Positions 39,605-48,956 of a stretch of 64,000 nucleotides of DNA are shown here, piece by piece. Under the pieces are notes generated by a model that worked only from the letters and a program-made list of their open reading frames with translations, searched no databases and had not been told where the DNA came from. The translations under genes were made by a program, and so were the position numbers. Where the stretch lies: positions 800 to 64,799 of the forward strand of contig JADLBM010000021.1 of the NCBI GenBank assembly GCA_020847715.1, read 5' to 3'. Source of the stretch: Candidatus Yanofskybacteria bacterium. GTDB lineage: Bacteria > Patescibacteriota > Minisyncoccia > 2-02-FULL-40-12 > GWA2-44-9. Each line of letters begins with the position of its first letter. Position 1 is the stretch's first letter.

Positions 39605-39952
39605 CTATTCGGCAACAATCTTCGGCCCCAATGCTTTCCCTCCAAGCAGATGCACGTGCAAGTGTGGCACCAACTTTCCGCCATGCTCCCCTTCATTGAT
39701 GATGAGTCGGTATCCCTTCACAAGGCCCTGCGCCGCCGCAACCCGATGCGCGGTCGCAACGAGCTTCCCCAGCAAATGCCCATCATGCTCCGCAAGCTCC
39801 TCGATACCCGCAACGTGCTTCACTGGCATAACCAGCAAATGCACCGGTGCTTGCGGATGAATGTCCTTGATAACGACGACCTCGTCGTCTCGATAGACCT
39901 CCTCCCCCGGTATTTCGCCGGCGATAATCTTGCAGAATACGTCCTCAATCAT
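39605..39952 (-). CDS. HIT family hydrolase
   Basis: HLHVHLLGG histidine triad. Confidence 0.88.
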   Translation of the reverse strand: MIEDVFCKIIAGEIPGEEVYRDDEVVVIKDIHPQAPVHLLVMPVKHVAGIEELAEHDGHLLGKLVATAHRVAAAQGLVKGYRLIINEGEHGGKLVPHLHVHLLGGKALGPKIVAE

Positions 39953-39963
39953 ACGGTGACCTC

Positions 39964-41265
39964 CTATTTACTCTTCAACCTCTTCTTCAATTCATCGATA
40001 ATCTTCTCCAGCGGGATGGTCTCCTGAATGCCGGTGTCCATCTCCCGCACGATTACCGTCCCCTCAAGTGCCTCCTTCTGCCCAAAGATGAGCGCGAAGC
40101 GAACCCCGTACCGCGCAGCGATGCGCAGCTGACCCTTGATGGTATCGCGCGAGAGCGAGTAGCGAACCTCGATACCAGACTTCCGGATTTCCTCGAAGAG
40201 CATCAGCGAGCGCTTCTTTGCCGCCTCGCCCAACTGGCTCAGGAACACCTTTGGACGCGCGCCGACTTCTGGAATGGAAACGTTCTTCGCCTTCATTCGG
40301 GTTACGATCTGGTCGATATCGAGCGCCCATCCGGCCGCCGGCGTGCGAGGCCCGCCGAGAAGCTCGGAGAGGCGGTCCATCCGGCCACCACGGAGTACCG
40401 TCTGCCCGACGATAGCTTGCCCCTGCTCATCGGTTGTCGCATCCAGCACGAACTCCCACACCGTGTGCGAGGCATACTCGTCGACCGTCACAAGCGTGTG
40501 GTCGATAACGTACGGGACCTGTCCCTCATCGAGGAACTCAAGCAAGTGCTTGAAGTGAGCACGCGCCTCTTCGCTCAGGTAGTCCACGGACTGCGGCGCT
40601 TCCCGCGCAAGCTCTGAATTCTCCACTCCGAGCAATCGAAGCCCTTGGAACGGGTGCTCCTTTGCAGCCGCAGCAACTTTCGCGCTCACCTTCCGCCCGT
40701 TCGTGCGGAAGAAATCACGAAGCGCGCGGAGGTATGACTGCCGGCCCGCCACATCACCAATCGTATTCAGGCGTACCGTGAACGAACCGAGACCAAGAGC
40801 TTCAATGATACGGCACCCGAGGAACAGCAGCTCCGCATCGACTGCTTCCGAATCGTCGCCGACCGTCTGAACCCCCAACTGCCAATGCATCTCATGCCCG
40901 CGTTCCACCGGCACAAGGATCGGCGAGTTCGCGAACAATTTCACCGGATGCGGCAATGCATGCATGCCGTACTGAAGGTAGGCTCGCATGAGCGAGGGGG
41001 CGAGGGATGCGCGAAGGGCAAGATGCATGCCATGGCTCTTTCCGGTCGCAAGGCGCTTCACGAGATCCGGATCGCTCCCCGCAACCGGCCGCGTGAATGT
41101 CTCAACCTGCTCGACAGGCGCGAGATCGATACGCGTAAAGCTGTAGTCAGCAAGAAGACCATTCGCCCGACGCCACACGTGGTGCCAAAAACGCTGCTCA
41201 TCAGGGGTGATATCGAAAAAGCCCTCGGGCAGTGTCGGAATATTGGTTTTCTTTTTTGTAGCCAT
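39964..41265 (-). CDS. hisS: histidine--tRNA ligase
   Basis: class II aaRS core plus C-terminal anticodon-binding domain ALIFGQKEALEGTVIVREMDTG. Confidence 0.8.
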   Translation of the reverse strand: MATKKKTNIPTLPEGFFDITPDEQRFWHHVWRRANGLLADYSFTRIDLAPVEQVETFTRPVAGSDPDLVKRLATGKSHGMHLALRASLAPSLMRAYLQYGMHALPHPVKLFANSPILVPVERGHEMHWQLGVQTVGDDSEAVDAELLFLGCRIIEALGLGSFTVRLNTIGDVAGRQSYLRALRDFFRTNGRKVSAKVAAAAKEHPFQGLRLLGVENSELAREAPQSVDYLSEEARAHFKHLLEFLDEGQVPYVIDHTLVTVDEYASHTVWEFVLDATTDEQGQAIVGQTVLRGGRMDRLSELLGGPRTPAAGWALDIDQIVTRMKAKNVSIPEVGARPKVFLSQLGEAAKKRSLMLFEEIRKSGIEVRYSLSRDTIKGQLRIAARYGVRFALIFGQKEALEGTVIVREMDTGIQETIPLEKIIDELKKRLKSK

Positions 41266-41275
41266 GAGGCTGGAT

Positions 41276-41944
41276 TTACTGGATGACCTGCGGATACTCG
41301 GTGCGAGGAATAAAGCTGATCTTCGTGAACGGCCACAACCGCAGCCACGCCAGACCGGCAAAATACGAACGGTCGACGGGCCCAAAGAACCGGCTGTCAC
41401 TGGAGTGCTCACGATTATCACCCATAACAAAGTAGTGGTTCGCCTCGAGCTTCACCTTCGAACCGCACCATGTCGAAGTAGAAAGACAATACGTAGGATT
41501 CTCTTTCGGCAGGTAGCCGGCCTCGGCAACCTTAAACCCGTTCGGGTAGCGTTCGTTGAATACGGTCACCGTGTTATCGTTCCCGACGAGAACCGATTCT
41601 CCCGGCAATCCGATGATGCGCTTGATGAAATACTCCTTCGGATTTCCCGGATAGCGGAAGATGATGACATCGCCACGCTCGGGCTGTCCGAGACGATACG
41701 TCCACTTGTCGACGAGGATATACTCCTTGTCGTGAAAGTTCGGAACCATCGAGCTTCCCTTCACAAAGAACGGCTGGATGAGATAGTAACGAACCGGAAG
41801 AATGATGACCAGCGAGATAAGCACGACGCGAACCGTCTCCCATACGAACTCGAACAGCTCGCCGAAAAAGGTGGAACCGGCGCCCTCCAAGGGCTTTGCG
41901 GGCCGCGGGGTCGCGGGCTGCTGCGGGGTCATTGGTTGGTCCAT
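41276..41944 (-). CDS. lepB: signal peptidase I
   Basis: GSSMVPNF (box B) and GDNREHSSDSR (box E). Confidence 0.88.
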   Translation of the reverse strand: MDQPMTPQQPATPRPAKPLEGAGSTFFGELFEFVWETVRVVLISLVIILPVRYYLIQPFFVKGSSMVPNFHDKEYILVDKWTYRLGQPERGDVIIFRYPGNPKEYFIKRIIGLPGESVLVGNDNTVTVFNERYPNGFKVAEAGYLPKENPTYCLSTSTWCGSKVKLEANHYFVMGDNREHSSDSRFFGPVDRSYFAGLAWLRLWPFTKISFIPRTEYPQVIQ

Positions 41945-42061
41945 ACGAAGGGCAAATATGAGCTGACGGCGCAGAATACCATATATTTTGGCTCGGTTCA
42001 AGCGCGCTGAGCGGGTCGTCGTATTTGTCATTTTCACCGCATCGTCTATCATGCGTCTCAT

Positions 42062-42628
42062 ATGAAGCTCATCGTTGGCATCGGCAATCCGGATCCGGAA
42101 TACCTCGAGACTCGCCACAATGTGGGGTGGCAGTTTTTGGACTGGCTGAATAAGAAATACAAAGGTGAGAAATTCTCAGAGAACACGAAAGTCCTCGGCC
42201 ATGTCGCAAAGATAGATATAGAAGGCATCAAGAGCTGGCTCCTCAAACCGACCACCTTTGTAAACAAGTCGGGCGACGCCGTGCGCAAAGCAAAACCGTG
42301 GGCCAAGGCAACAAACGACGATATCGTTATTGTCCACGACGACCTCGACATCCCCTTCGGCATGTGCAAATTCTCCTTTGAGAAAAACTCCGGAGGTCAC
42401 CGCGGCGTACAGAATGTCATCGATGCACTGAAGACGAATAAATTTTACCGCATCCGCATTGGTACTGGCGTGCGCGCACTCGAAAAGGCGCGCGACGAAT
42501 CTGACAAGAAGCGCGACGAATTCGTGAAGGAATTCGTGCTCAAAAAATTCACTCCCGCCCAACACGACGAGCTCACAGCAATCTTTAAAGACTGCGAGGT
42601 ACGCCTCCTCCAAGCACTCAAACGATAA
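42062..42628 (+). CDS. pth: peptidyl-tRNA hydrolase
   Basis: MKLIVGIGNPDPEYLETRHNVGWQFLD. Confidence 0.93.
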   Translation: MKLIVGIGNPDPEYLETRHNVGWQFLDWLNKKYKGEKFSENTKVLGHVAKIDIEGIKSWLLKPTTFVNKSGDAVRKAKPWAKATNDDIVIVHDDLDIPFGMCKFSFEKNSGGHRGVQNVIDALKTNKFYRIRIGTGVRALEKARDESDKKRDEFVKEFVLKKFTPAQHDELTAIFKDCEVRLLQALKR

Positions 42629-42632
42629 AGAA

Positions 42633-42660
42633 AAGGCCCGAGGGAGTATCCCTCGGGCCT
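42633..42660. terminator. bidirectional terminator GGCCCGAGGGA-GTA-TCCCTCGGGCC
   Basis: between convergent pth and 42676..44001. Confidence 0.7.
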
Positions 42661-42675
42661 GCCCGTCAGCTGACG

Positions 42676-44001
42676 TTACGACGCTTTCAGCATCGCCTTG
42701 GCGATGCGCTCTTTTGCGCGCCGCTCGCGCGCTCGTGCGCGGGGTTCGACACCCTGCTCTGCGAACGCCCTCGAGAGCCCCTCCCGCACGATGTCCACGA
42801 TACGCCCCAGCGACAGACGCGTGACCGGCGTGTTGGGCGCGGTCAGCGTGCCGTTGTGGCACCCGTAGAATCCGAACCACTCGGGCACTCGCTTGAGCGT
42901 CCCCGGCTGGCGCAGAACATCCAGGTTGATCGGCTCGCCGGGGTCGGCCTTCGCGCGCCGCTCTTCTTCCCGAAGGCGAGCGAGGACGTACTCCATGGGG
43001 AGTCGCTGGTGCAGATCGAAGATGTTGATGCTCCCGCTCGACCGGACCTGAATGAGCACATCGACATCGGTGTCGGCGGAGCGAACCGCGTGCTTCATCT
43101 CCGAGTTGTCCGTCTTTACGACGATGATCTTGTACGGACAGCCCTCTACGAGCTTCGCCTCGGCGGCGTAGGCGGCGCGAGCCGCCATGTACTGGGTCTG
43201 CTGGTGATGCTTTGCGGTCAGAAACGCAAAGACGATGGAGCGGACACGCTCGGAGGGCACCTTGGCGGCCACGAGCGCCTCCCAGATGCTTTCGAGATCG
43301 AACGGCCGCTTCGTGGAGAGTTTCCCCTCACGAAGTGCGAACTCCAAGATCTGCGCCATGCCCAGATCGCCGACGACACCGAACGCTTCCGCGGCGTCCA
43401 ACACCGAACGGAACTCCGACGGAGCGGAGGAACCGAACCGCAAGACGACCCAGTCGGCCATGAGCCGCTGGAACGCACCATCAGGGATCGGCGCTGTCGC
43501 TTCTCCCGAATCGAGCCGGAAGTAGGCGTCGAAGATGATGGCGTCCATGCCGACGACATCGGCGAGCTCCATCTCCGCGCCCCAGCACGCCTTGATGAGC
43601 GAAGCGAGCTCGAAGGGCGAGTCATGCGCGTCGCGGTCGGCACCCAGGGAGTACGCCAGCATCCGCTGAAGTCCCGCGAACTCGGCAACACCGAGGTAGC
43701 GAGCCATCTTCGTTGCCGCGTTGTCGCGGGCGCTGTCGCCGAACACCTCCTCATGCTCGTCGAACGGCCCGCCGAGCACGCCCACACAGGCGGTCCTCTC
43801 GTGGATGAGGTAGTCCCACCCATTCCAGCGCCGCTTGGAGTGCAGCCCGGCATCCACCAACCCGATGAGAGCATCGGCGAATCCGGGCAGGAGGATCGTT
43901 CCCCAGCGCCTGCCAATGGCGATGGCGCGGAGCTCGTCCTCGTGCGGCGCGACATGTGTCACGATCAGTTCGACTGGGTATCGCTGCTTGACCCGACCCA
44001 T
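42676..44001 (-). CDS. hypothetical protein (441 aa); weak resemblance of N-terminus (THVAPHEDEL) to MYG1/UPF0160-type metal-dependent hydrolases
   Basis: long ORF with codon usage like neighbours; family assignment speculative. Confidence 0.45.
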   Translation of the reverse strand: MGRVKQRYPVELIVTHVAPHEDELRAIAIGRRWGTILLPGFADALIGLVDAGLHSKRRWNGWDYLIHERTACVGVLGGPFDEHEEVFGDSARDNAATKMARYLGVAEFAGLQRMLAYSLGADRDAHDSPFELASLIKACWGAEMELADVVGMDAIIFDAYFRLDSGEATAPIPDGAFQRLMADWVVLRFGSSAPSEFRSVLDAAEAFGVVGDLGMAQILEFALREGKLSTKRPFDLESIWEALVAAKVPSERVRSIVFAFLTAKHHQQTQYMAARAAYAAEAKLVEGCPYKIIVVKTDNSEMKHAVRSADTDVDVLIQVRSSGSINIFDLHQRLPMEYVLARLREEERRAKADPGEPINLDVLRQPGTLKRVPEWFGFYGCHNGTLTAPNTPVTRLSLGRIVDIVREGLSRAFAEQGVEPRARARERRAKERIAKAMLKAS

Positions 44002-44121
44002 ACGACCTCCTTACCCCTCTCTCGGTGGGGCATCTGTGTTCGCTGTCGATACTGTGAACGAGCGAAAGAGGCCCAATGCCTCATGGACCTATTATACCAC
44101 TTTATTGAGATATGAGTCAAC

Positions 44122-44826
44122 CTACCCGCTCTTCTGCACGATACGGATGATGAGCGCGGTCGCCGCGACAAGACCGGCTGCGAACATCGCAATAGCGACA
44201 TACTTCCAGATGAGCGGACGGCGGCGGCTCACGAGCAGGAATTCCTGCTCCACCTTCTGTACCGCTTCCTCAACTTCGGTCCCCGACTTGGTCGGAAACT
44301 CCTTGAACGGATCGGTTCCCGGATTCACCTGCTGAACAACGCGCTGAAGGTAGGTTTCGTTGAAGAACTTGATGACATCGTACCGGCTTAGTACCCCGAC
44401 AAGCTTGCCCTGCTCATCGACAACGCAGAGCGGGTTCACCTTGTGGTAGTCGGCAAAAATTTTCGCAGCCTCTTCGAGTGTCGCGTCCTGGCGGACCGAT
44501 ACCACCTTCGGGTTCATGATGCTCGTCGCCTTGATGTCCTTCAGCTTCCCGAAATATGCATCGAGCATGCGTCGGTCGCCCTTCTCTCGCCCAATCTGCT
44601 CCATGAGCTTGATGAGCGTGGGAATGTGCACATCGGACGACTGCACCACCATGTCGTACGCCGTAATGATACCGAGCAGTGTATGCTGCTGGTCAACGAC
44701 GGGCATACCGTCGTAGTCGTACTTCTCGAACAGGCCCGCAATGACATCGAGCGTGTCGTTGGCATCAATAGCCAACACGTCTTTTGTCATCACATCGCCC
44801 ACCCGAATCTGCGGAGCGTCTGCCAT
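44122..44826 (-). CDS. CBS-domain pair protein with C-terminal TM anchor
   Basis: two CBS repeats (GMPVVD...LLGIIT; NPLCVVDEQGKLVGVLS) plus hydrophobic C-terminus. Confidence 0.75.
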   Translation of the reverse strand: MADAPQIRVGDVMTKDVLAIDANDTLDVIAGLFEKYDYDGMPVVDQQHTLLGIITAYDMVVQSSDVHIPTLIKLMEQIGREKGDRRMLDAYFGKLKDIKATSIMNPKVVSVRQDATLEEAAKIFADYHKVNPLCVVDEQGKLVGVLSRYDVIKFFNETYLQRVVQQVNPGTDPFKEFPTKSGTEVEEAVQKVEQEFLLVSRRRPLIWKYVAIAMFAAGLVAATALIIRIVQKSG

Positions 44827-44890
44827 ATGCCGCTAGTATACCACACCGCCCATGCGGGCGGTGTGGGAGTGAACGCGGTCAATGCCGCCC

Positions 44891-46927
44891 CTAGAGAAAC
44901 AGTGCGACCAGCGCGAGTGTCAGCGTCGACAGTAGCTTGATGAGCACATGGAGCGACGGGCCGGCGGTATCCTTGAACGGATCGCCCACCGTATCTCCCG
45001 TGACAGCCGCCTTGTGCGTGTCAGAGCCCTTCCCGCCGTAGTGGCCCTCCTCGATGTACTTCTTTGCATTATCCCACGCGCCGCCAGCGTTGTTCATGAG
45101 TGTCGCCATCAGGATTCCTGCGATGGTTCCGACCATCAGAAGACCTGCGGCCGCTTCCGCCTTGAACACAATGCCGACTGCGATGGGAACGATGATGGCG
45201 AGTACGCCCGGGAAGATCATCTCCTTCAGTGCGCCACGCGTAGTGATGTCCACCGCACGAGCGTAGTCCGGCTTCGAGGTCCCCTGCATGATGCCGGGAT
45301 TCTCTTTAAACTGCGCGCGAACATCGTTGATGATATAGTAGGCGGCCTTTCCAACAGCGCGAATAGCAAGCGAGCTAAAGACAAAGACGAGAGTGGCGCC
45401 AAGAAGCGCACCGATGAAGACATTCACATTTGCGAGGTTCACGACCGTCAAATGAGCCTCCTCAAGGTACGCGCTGAAGAGCAGGAACGCGGCAAGCGCA
45501 GCGGAGCCGATGGCGTATCCCTTCGTGAGCGCTTTCGTCGTGTTGCCAGCCGCATCGAGCTTGTCGGTAGTCCGGCGAACATCCTCCGATGCCTTCGACA
45601 TCTCGACGATACCGCCAGCATTGTCGGTGATGGGACCAAACACATCCATCGCGAGTACGTATGCCGCCGTCGCGAGCATACCCATCGTCGCCACAGCGGT
45701 ACCATACAGGCCACCGTGCGCGACGCCACTGTGCGAGCCCAACCAGTAGGACGAGAGGAGCGCGGCACTGATGGCAACAACGGTAGCGCCCGTGGACTCC
45801 AAGCCGACCGCGTAGCCGGAGATGATGTTCGTGCCGTGCCCGGTTGTCGAAGACTCGGCGATCTCGCGAACGGGACGGTACTGCGATTCCGTGTAGTACT
45901 GGGTCAGGTACACGAACACGATGGAAGTCGCGATGCCAACCATGCCGGCCCAGAAGAACCACAGGTTGCCCAGCATATTCTGTGTGACGAAGTAGAATGC
46001 AACCGCCGCAAGAACCGAGGTAACCCAGTAGCCACGGTTCAGGCTGTTCATGGGGTTCTCATCGGCCTTCGCTTTCGCAGAAAAGATACCGACAACCGTC
46101 GCGATCAGACCGAACGCGCGCAGAACCAACGGGAACATGATGCCTTTGATGCCGAATACCGGATAGAGCGAAACGCCCAAGATCATGGCGCCGATGTTTT
46201 CGGCCGCCGCAGACTCGAAGAGATCGGCACCACGACCAGCGCAGTCACCAACATTGTCACCTACGAGGTCGGCGACGACTGCAGGATTACGCGGATCATC
46301 CTCCGGAATGCCGGACTCAACCTTCCCGACGAGGTCAGCGCCCACATCGGCAGCCTTGGTGAAGATGCCGCCACCCAGTTGCGCGAACAGCGCGACCAAT
46401 GATGCGCCGAACCCGTATCCAACGATGAGCGACGGAATATCCTTAATATCGAATCCGAGCCACTCGTAAATCAGGAAAAGAATACTGATGCCGAGCAGCG
46501 ACATCGCCACGATGATGATGCCCGAGACGGCGCCTCCACGTAGTGCGATTTGGAGCGCCTGCGGAAGCCCCCGCTGGGCGGCACCGGCCGCGCGAATGTT
46601 TGCACGGACGGAAATCGTCATCGCAACAATACCCGCCACCGCCGATGAAACGGCACCGAAGAGGAATGCCGCGGATGTCTGCCATCCATGGCTCCAGCTA
46701 CCGGAGAGGCCGTAGGCGAGTAGGAGCACGACGGCCAGCAAGACACTAATGATACCGATGGTGCGGTACTGACGACGCATGAATGCGTTCGCGCCCTCAC
46801 GAATAACATCAGATACCGCGACCATCGCGGGAGTGCCGACGGGCTGACGGAGGACCCACCGCGCGAGAAGACCGGCAAAGACCAGCGCCGCTATCGAAAT
46901 ACCGAATGCAAGCAACGTATACTCCAT
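44891..46927 (-). CDS. hppA: membrane-bound proton/sodium-translocating pyrophosphatase
   Basis: GGGIFTKAADVGADLVGKVE, DNVGDCAGRGADLFES signatures, about 16 TM. Confidence 0.92.
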   Translation of the reverse strand: MEYTLLAFGISIAALVFAGLLARWVLRQPVGTPAMVAVSDVIREGANAFMRRQYRTIGIISVLLAVVLLLAYGLSGSWSHGWQTSAAFLFGAVSSAVAGIVAMTISVRANIRAAGAAQRGLPQALQIALRGGAVSGIIIVAMSLLGISILFLIYEWLGFDIKDIPSLIVGYGFGASLVALFAQLGGGIFTKAADVGADLVGKVESGIPEDDPRNPAVVADLVGDNVGDCAGRGADLFESAAAENIGAMILGVSLYPVFGIKGIMFPLVLRAFGLIATVVGIFSAKAKADENPMNSLNRGYWVTSVLAAVAFYFVTQNMLGNLWFFWAGMVGIATSIVFVYLTQYYTESQYRPVREIAESSTTGHGTNIISGYAVGLESTGATVVAISAALLSSYWLGSHSGVAHGGLYGTAVATMGMLATAAYVLAMDVFGPITDNAGGIVEMSKASEDVRRTTDKLDAAGNTTKALTKGYAIGSAALAAFLLFSAYLEEAHLTVVNLANVNVFIGALLGATLVFVFSSLAIRAVGKAAYYIINDVRAQFKENPGIMQGTSKPDYARAVDITTRGALKEMIFPGVLAIIVPIAVGIVFKAEAAAGLLMVGTIAGILMATLMNNAGGAWDNAKKYIEEGHYGGKGSDTHKAAVTGDTVGDPFKDTAGPSLHVLIKLLSTLTLALVALFL

Positions 46928-47000
46928 AACGAATAAAAAAGACGTGCAGACACTTAATGAGATACGTTGACCAGTGTAGAAAATCGGTACGAAGAAATCA

Positions 47001-47032
47001 ATTGACTTACCAGATTTTTGATGTATAGTCAC
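47001..47032 (+). promoter_or_regulatory. sigma70-like promoter TTGACT-16-TATAGT for 47047..47412
   Basis: followed by GGAGG 5 nt before ATG. Confidence 0.5.
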
Positions 47033-47046
47033 CAGCGGAGGCTCCC

Positions 47047-47412
47047 ATGCGAGAATTGATTTGGGTTGGCATCAATGTCGATCCGCGAGAGACCCCAGAA
47101 ACGGACGTCGTAGCGGCGCTGGAAGAAGGGCGCGCCCTACTCCGAGCGTACACTGAAGTTTCGGGCAAGCGCGCACTAGGCACAACAACGAGCTACCCGA
47201 ACGGGACTCAGGTGACCACCTACCGCGTCGACGACCACGCATTCGAGTTCATCGAAGTCACCACCCCTACCGGACAGGTCGGGTTCGGCGCCCGAGTCGC
47301 CAGCCAGCAAGAGGGAAAGGCGGCGATTCCCGCCATACGCGCATGGTTCAGGGCAAACCAAGCCGCCCTTACCATTTCCGTGACGGTCTGGTCGATCTCG
47401 ATTCCGAGCTGA
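47047..47412 (+). CDS. hypothetical protein (121 aa)
   Basis: promoter plus SD as above. Confidence 0.45.
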   Translation: MRELIWVGINVDPRETPETDVVAALEEGRALLRAYTEVSGKRALGTTTSYPNGTQVTTYRVDDHAFEFIEVTTPTGQVGFGARVASQQEGKAAIPAIRAWFRANQAALTISVTVWSISIPS

Positions 47413-47453
47413 TACACCAATCAGCTCACACCCCGCCATGGCGGGGTATTTCT

Positions 47454-48458
47454 TTATTCCAATTGCTTCGCCTCATCTGCGAGCTCGATGACCTTCTGCG
47501 TCCGCTCGACAAGGTGCCCCAGCTTTTTGTCGGAACGCTCGAATGCCGACTGCGCATCGGACAGGTGATCGCCAAGTTTCCGGAAGTCCGTCGCAAGCGT
47601 CCCCGCGTCCTTGATGACCGTCTCCAGTTTTTTCATGATGTCCCGCGTCTGCTTCTGAAGCTGCACATCTTTGAACCAGTGAATAACAGCCGAGAGCGTG
47701 ATGTAGAGCGTATTCGGCGATGCAAGGTAGACTTTGCGTTTGCGCGCATACTCGGCGATGTCGTCGCTCGTCACGTTCTGAATAACCTCATAGTAGATGC
47801 TCTCAGCGGGCATATACATGAGCGCCATATCAACGGTGCCTTCGCCGGGGAGAATGTACTTCGTCGCAATCTCATCAATGCGCTTCTTCACATCAGACAC
47901 GAACGCTTTTCGGTAGGCCTGCCGCGCCGCTTCACCCTCCGCTTCGGTCATCTTCTTGAAGTTCTCCCAGCTAAACTTGCTGTCGATAGGAAGGAGAAGG
48001 TCATTGGGAAGTTTCAGCACGGCATCAACGATCTCGCCAGACGCAAATCCATACTGCTCCTCGAAGCCGCCGTGCGGAAAGTATTCCCGAAGGATTGCAC
48101 CGAGGGTAAGCTCGCCCCACGTACCGCGCAATTTCGGCGAACGGAACATCTCTTGAAACGAGGAAACGTCCTTCACCGATTCCTGCACGCGGTGCACGGT
48201 CTCGCGCAACTCAGTCATCCCCTGCGTGAACGACTGCACCTGAGAGAACACGGAGCGGGTCGCCTGTTCGGACGCCTGCCGACTCTGCTCAAGCTGCTGT
48301 GTCACCTGCTGGTGCAGAGCATCGAGCCGCTGAGCAAGCATGAGTACCGACTGGTCCGGCTCGGACGTCCGGCGCGCCATGACCGCGCGCAACACCACAA
48401 CCAAAACTCCACCGATTGCGGTGAGGAGCACGAACATCATCAGCGTGGCGGTTTCCAT
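47454..48458 (-). CDS. rmuC: DNA recombination protein RmuC
   Basis: N-terminal TM, long coiled coil, RmuC C-terminal region. Confidence 0.75.
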   Translation of the reverse strand: METATLMMFVLLTAIGGVLVVVLRAVMARRTSEPDQSVLMLAQRLDALHQQVTQQLEQSRQASEQATRSVFSQVQSFTQGMTELRETVHRVQESVKDVSSFQEMFRSPKLRGTWGELTLGAILREYFPHGGFEEQYGFASGEIVDAVLKLPNDLLLPIDSKFSWENFKKMTEAEGEAARQAYRKAFVSDVKKRIDEIATKYILPGEGTVDMALMYMPAESIYYEVIQNVTSDDIAEYARKRKVYLASPNTLYITLSAVIHWFKDVQLQKQTRDIMKKLETVIKDAGTLATDFRKLGDHLSDAQSAFERSDKKLGHLVERTQKVIELADEAKQLE

Positions 48459-48476
48459 GAGCGAATACTAGCAGAC

Positions 48477-48893
48477 CTACTGGAAGAGAACGAGAATGAG
48501 CGACATAACCGCGAGCGAGATGAGTGATGCGGCACCGTTGAGCACCACGAGTGCGAATGGCTTCCCCTCCCAGAGCCATGCACCGGCCTGGGTCACCAGA
48601 ATGAAGCCGAGCCAAATCCAAAAGGCAAGCACAAGCGCATCGCCGATCGTCAGTACCCCCCACACGACCGAAAAATGCGCGAGAACGAACGCCATAACAA
48701 GTGCCGTCACGAACCCAATACCCATCGCCTGCCCTGCGGTAAGCGGCATTGAGCGCATCGCCTCATCGTTGAGTCCCTGCAATTTCCGCCACCGCTTCCC
48801 GAACGCTGGGCCGTACCATACCGCACCGATAATCAAATATGCCACAGCCGCCCCAAGGACCGCCCAGTAGTTGGAGATATTCATACCCTTCAT
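48477..48893 (-). CDS. DUF1761-like small membrane protein (138 aa)
   Basis: MKGMNISNYWAVLGAAVAYLIIGAVWYGPAFGKRW; the upstream 310 aa of the listed ORF are antisense to pilB and rejected. Confidence 0.55.
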   Translation of the reverse strand: MKGMNISNYWAVLGAAVAYLIIGAVWYGPAFGKRWRKLQGLNDEAMRSMPLTAGQAMGIGFVTALVMAFVLAHFSVVWGVLTIGDALVLAFWIWLGFILVTQAGAWLWEGKPFALVVLNGAASLISLAVMSLILVLFQ

Positions 48894-48956
48894 TCTATCG
48901 AATCTGTGCAGGAATGGGAACGGAGCCGTCCGCCTCCTATGATATACTAGAAGGGT

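Noticed and set aside
42062-42628. Slightly lower GC of pth as a sign of horizontal transfer
   Set aside because: Drop is modest (about 50%) and pth is a core gene in its usual context next to other housekeeping genes; likely normal variation.
42856-44115. 419-aa plus-strand ORF and 245-aa minus-strand ORF 43218..43955 overlapping the 441-aa gene
   Set aside because: Alternative frames of the same high-GC region. The 42676..44001 frame is the one with a protein-like, non-low-complexity translation and terminator placement.
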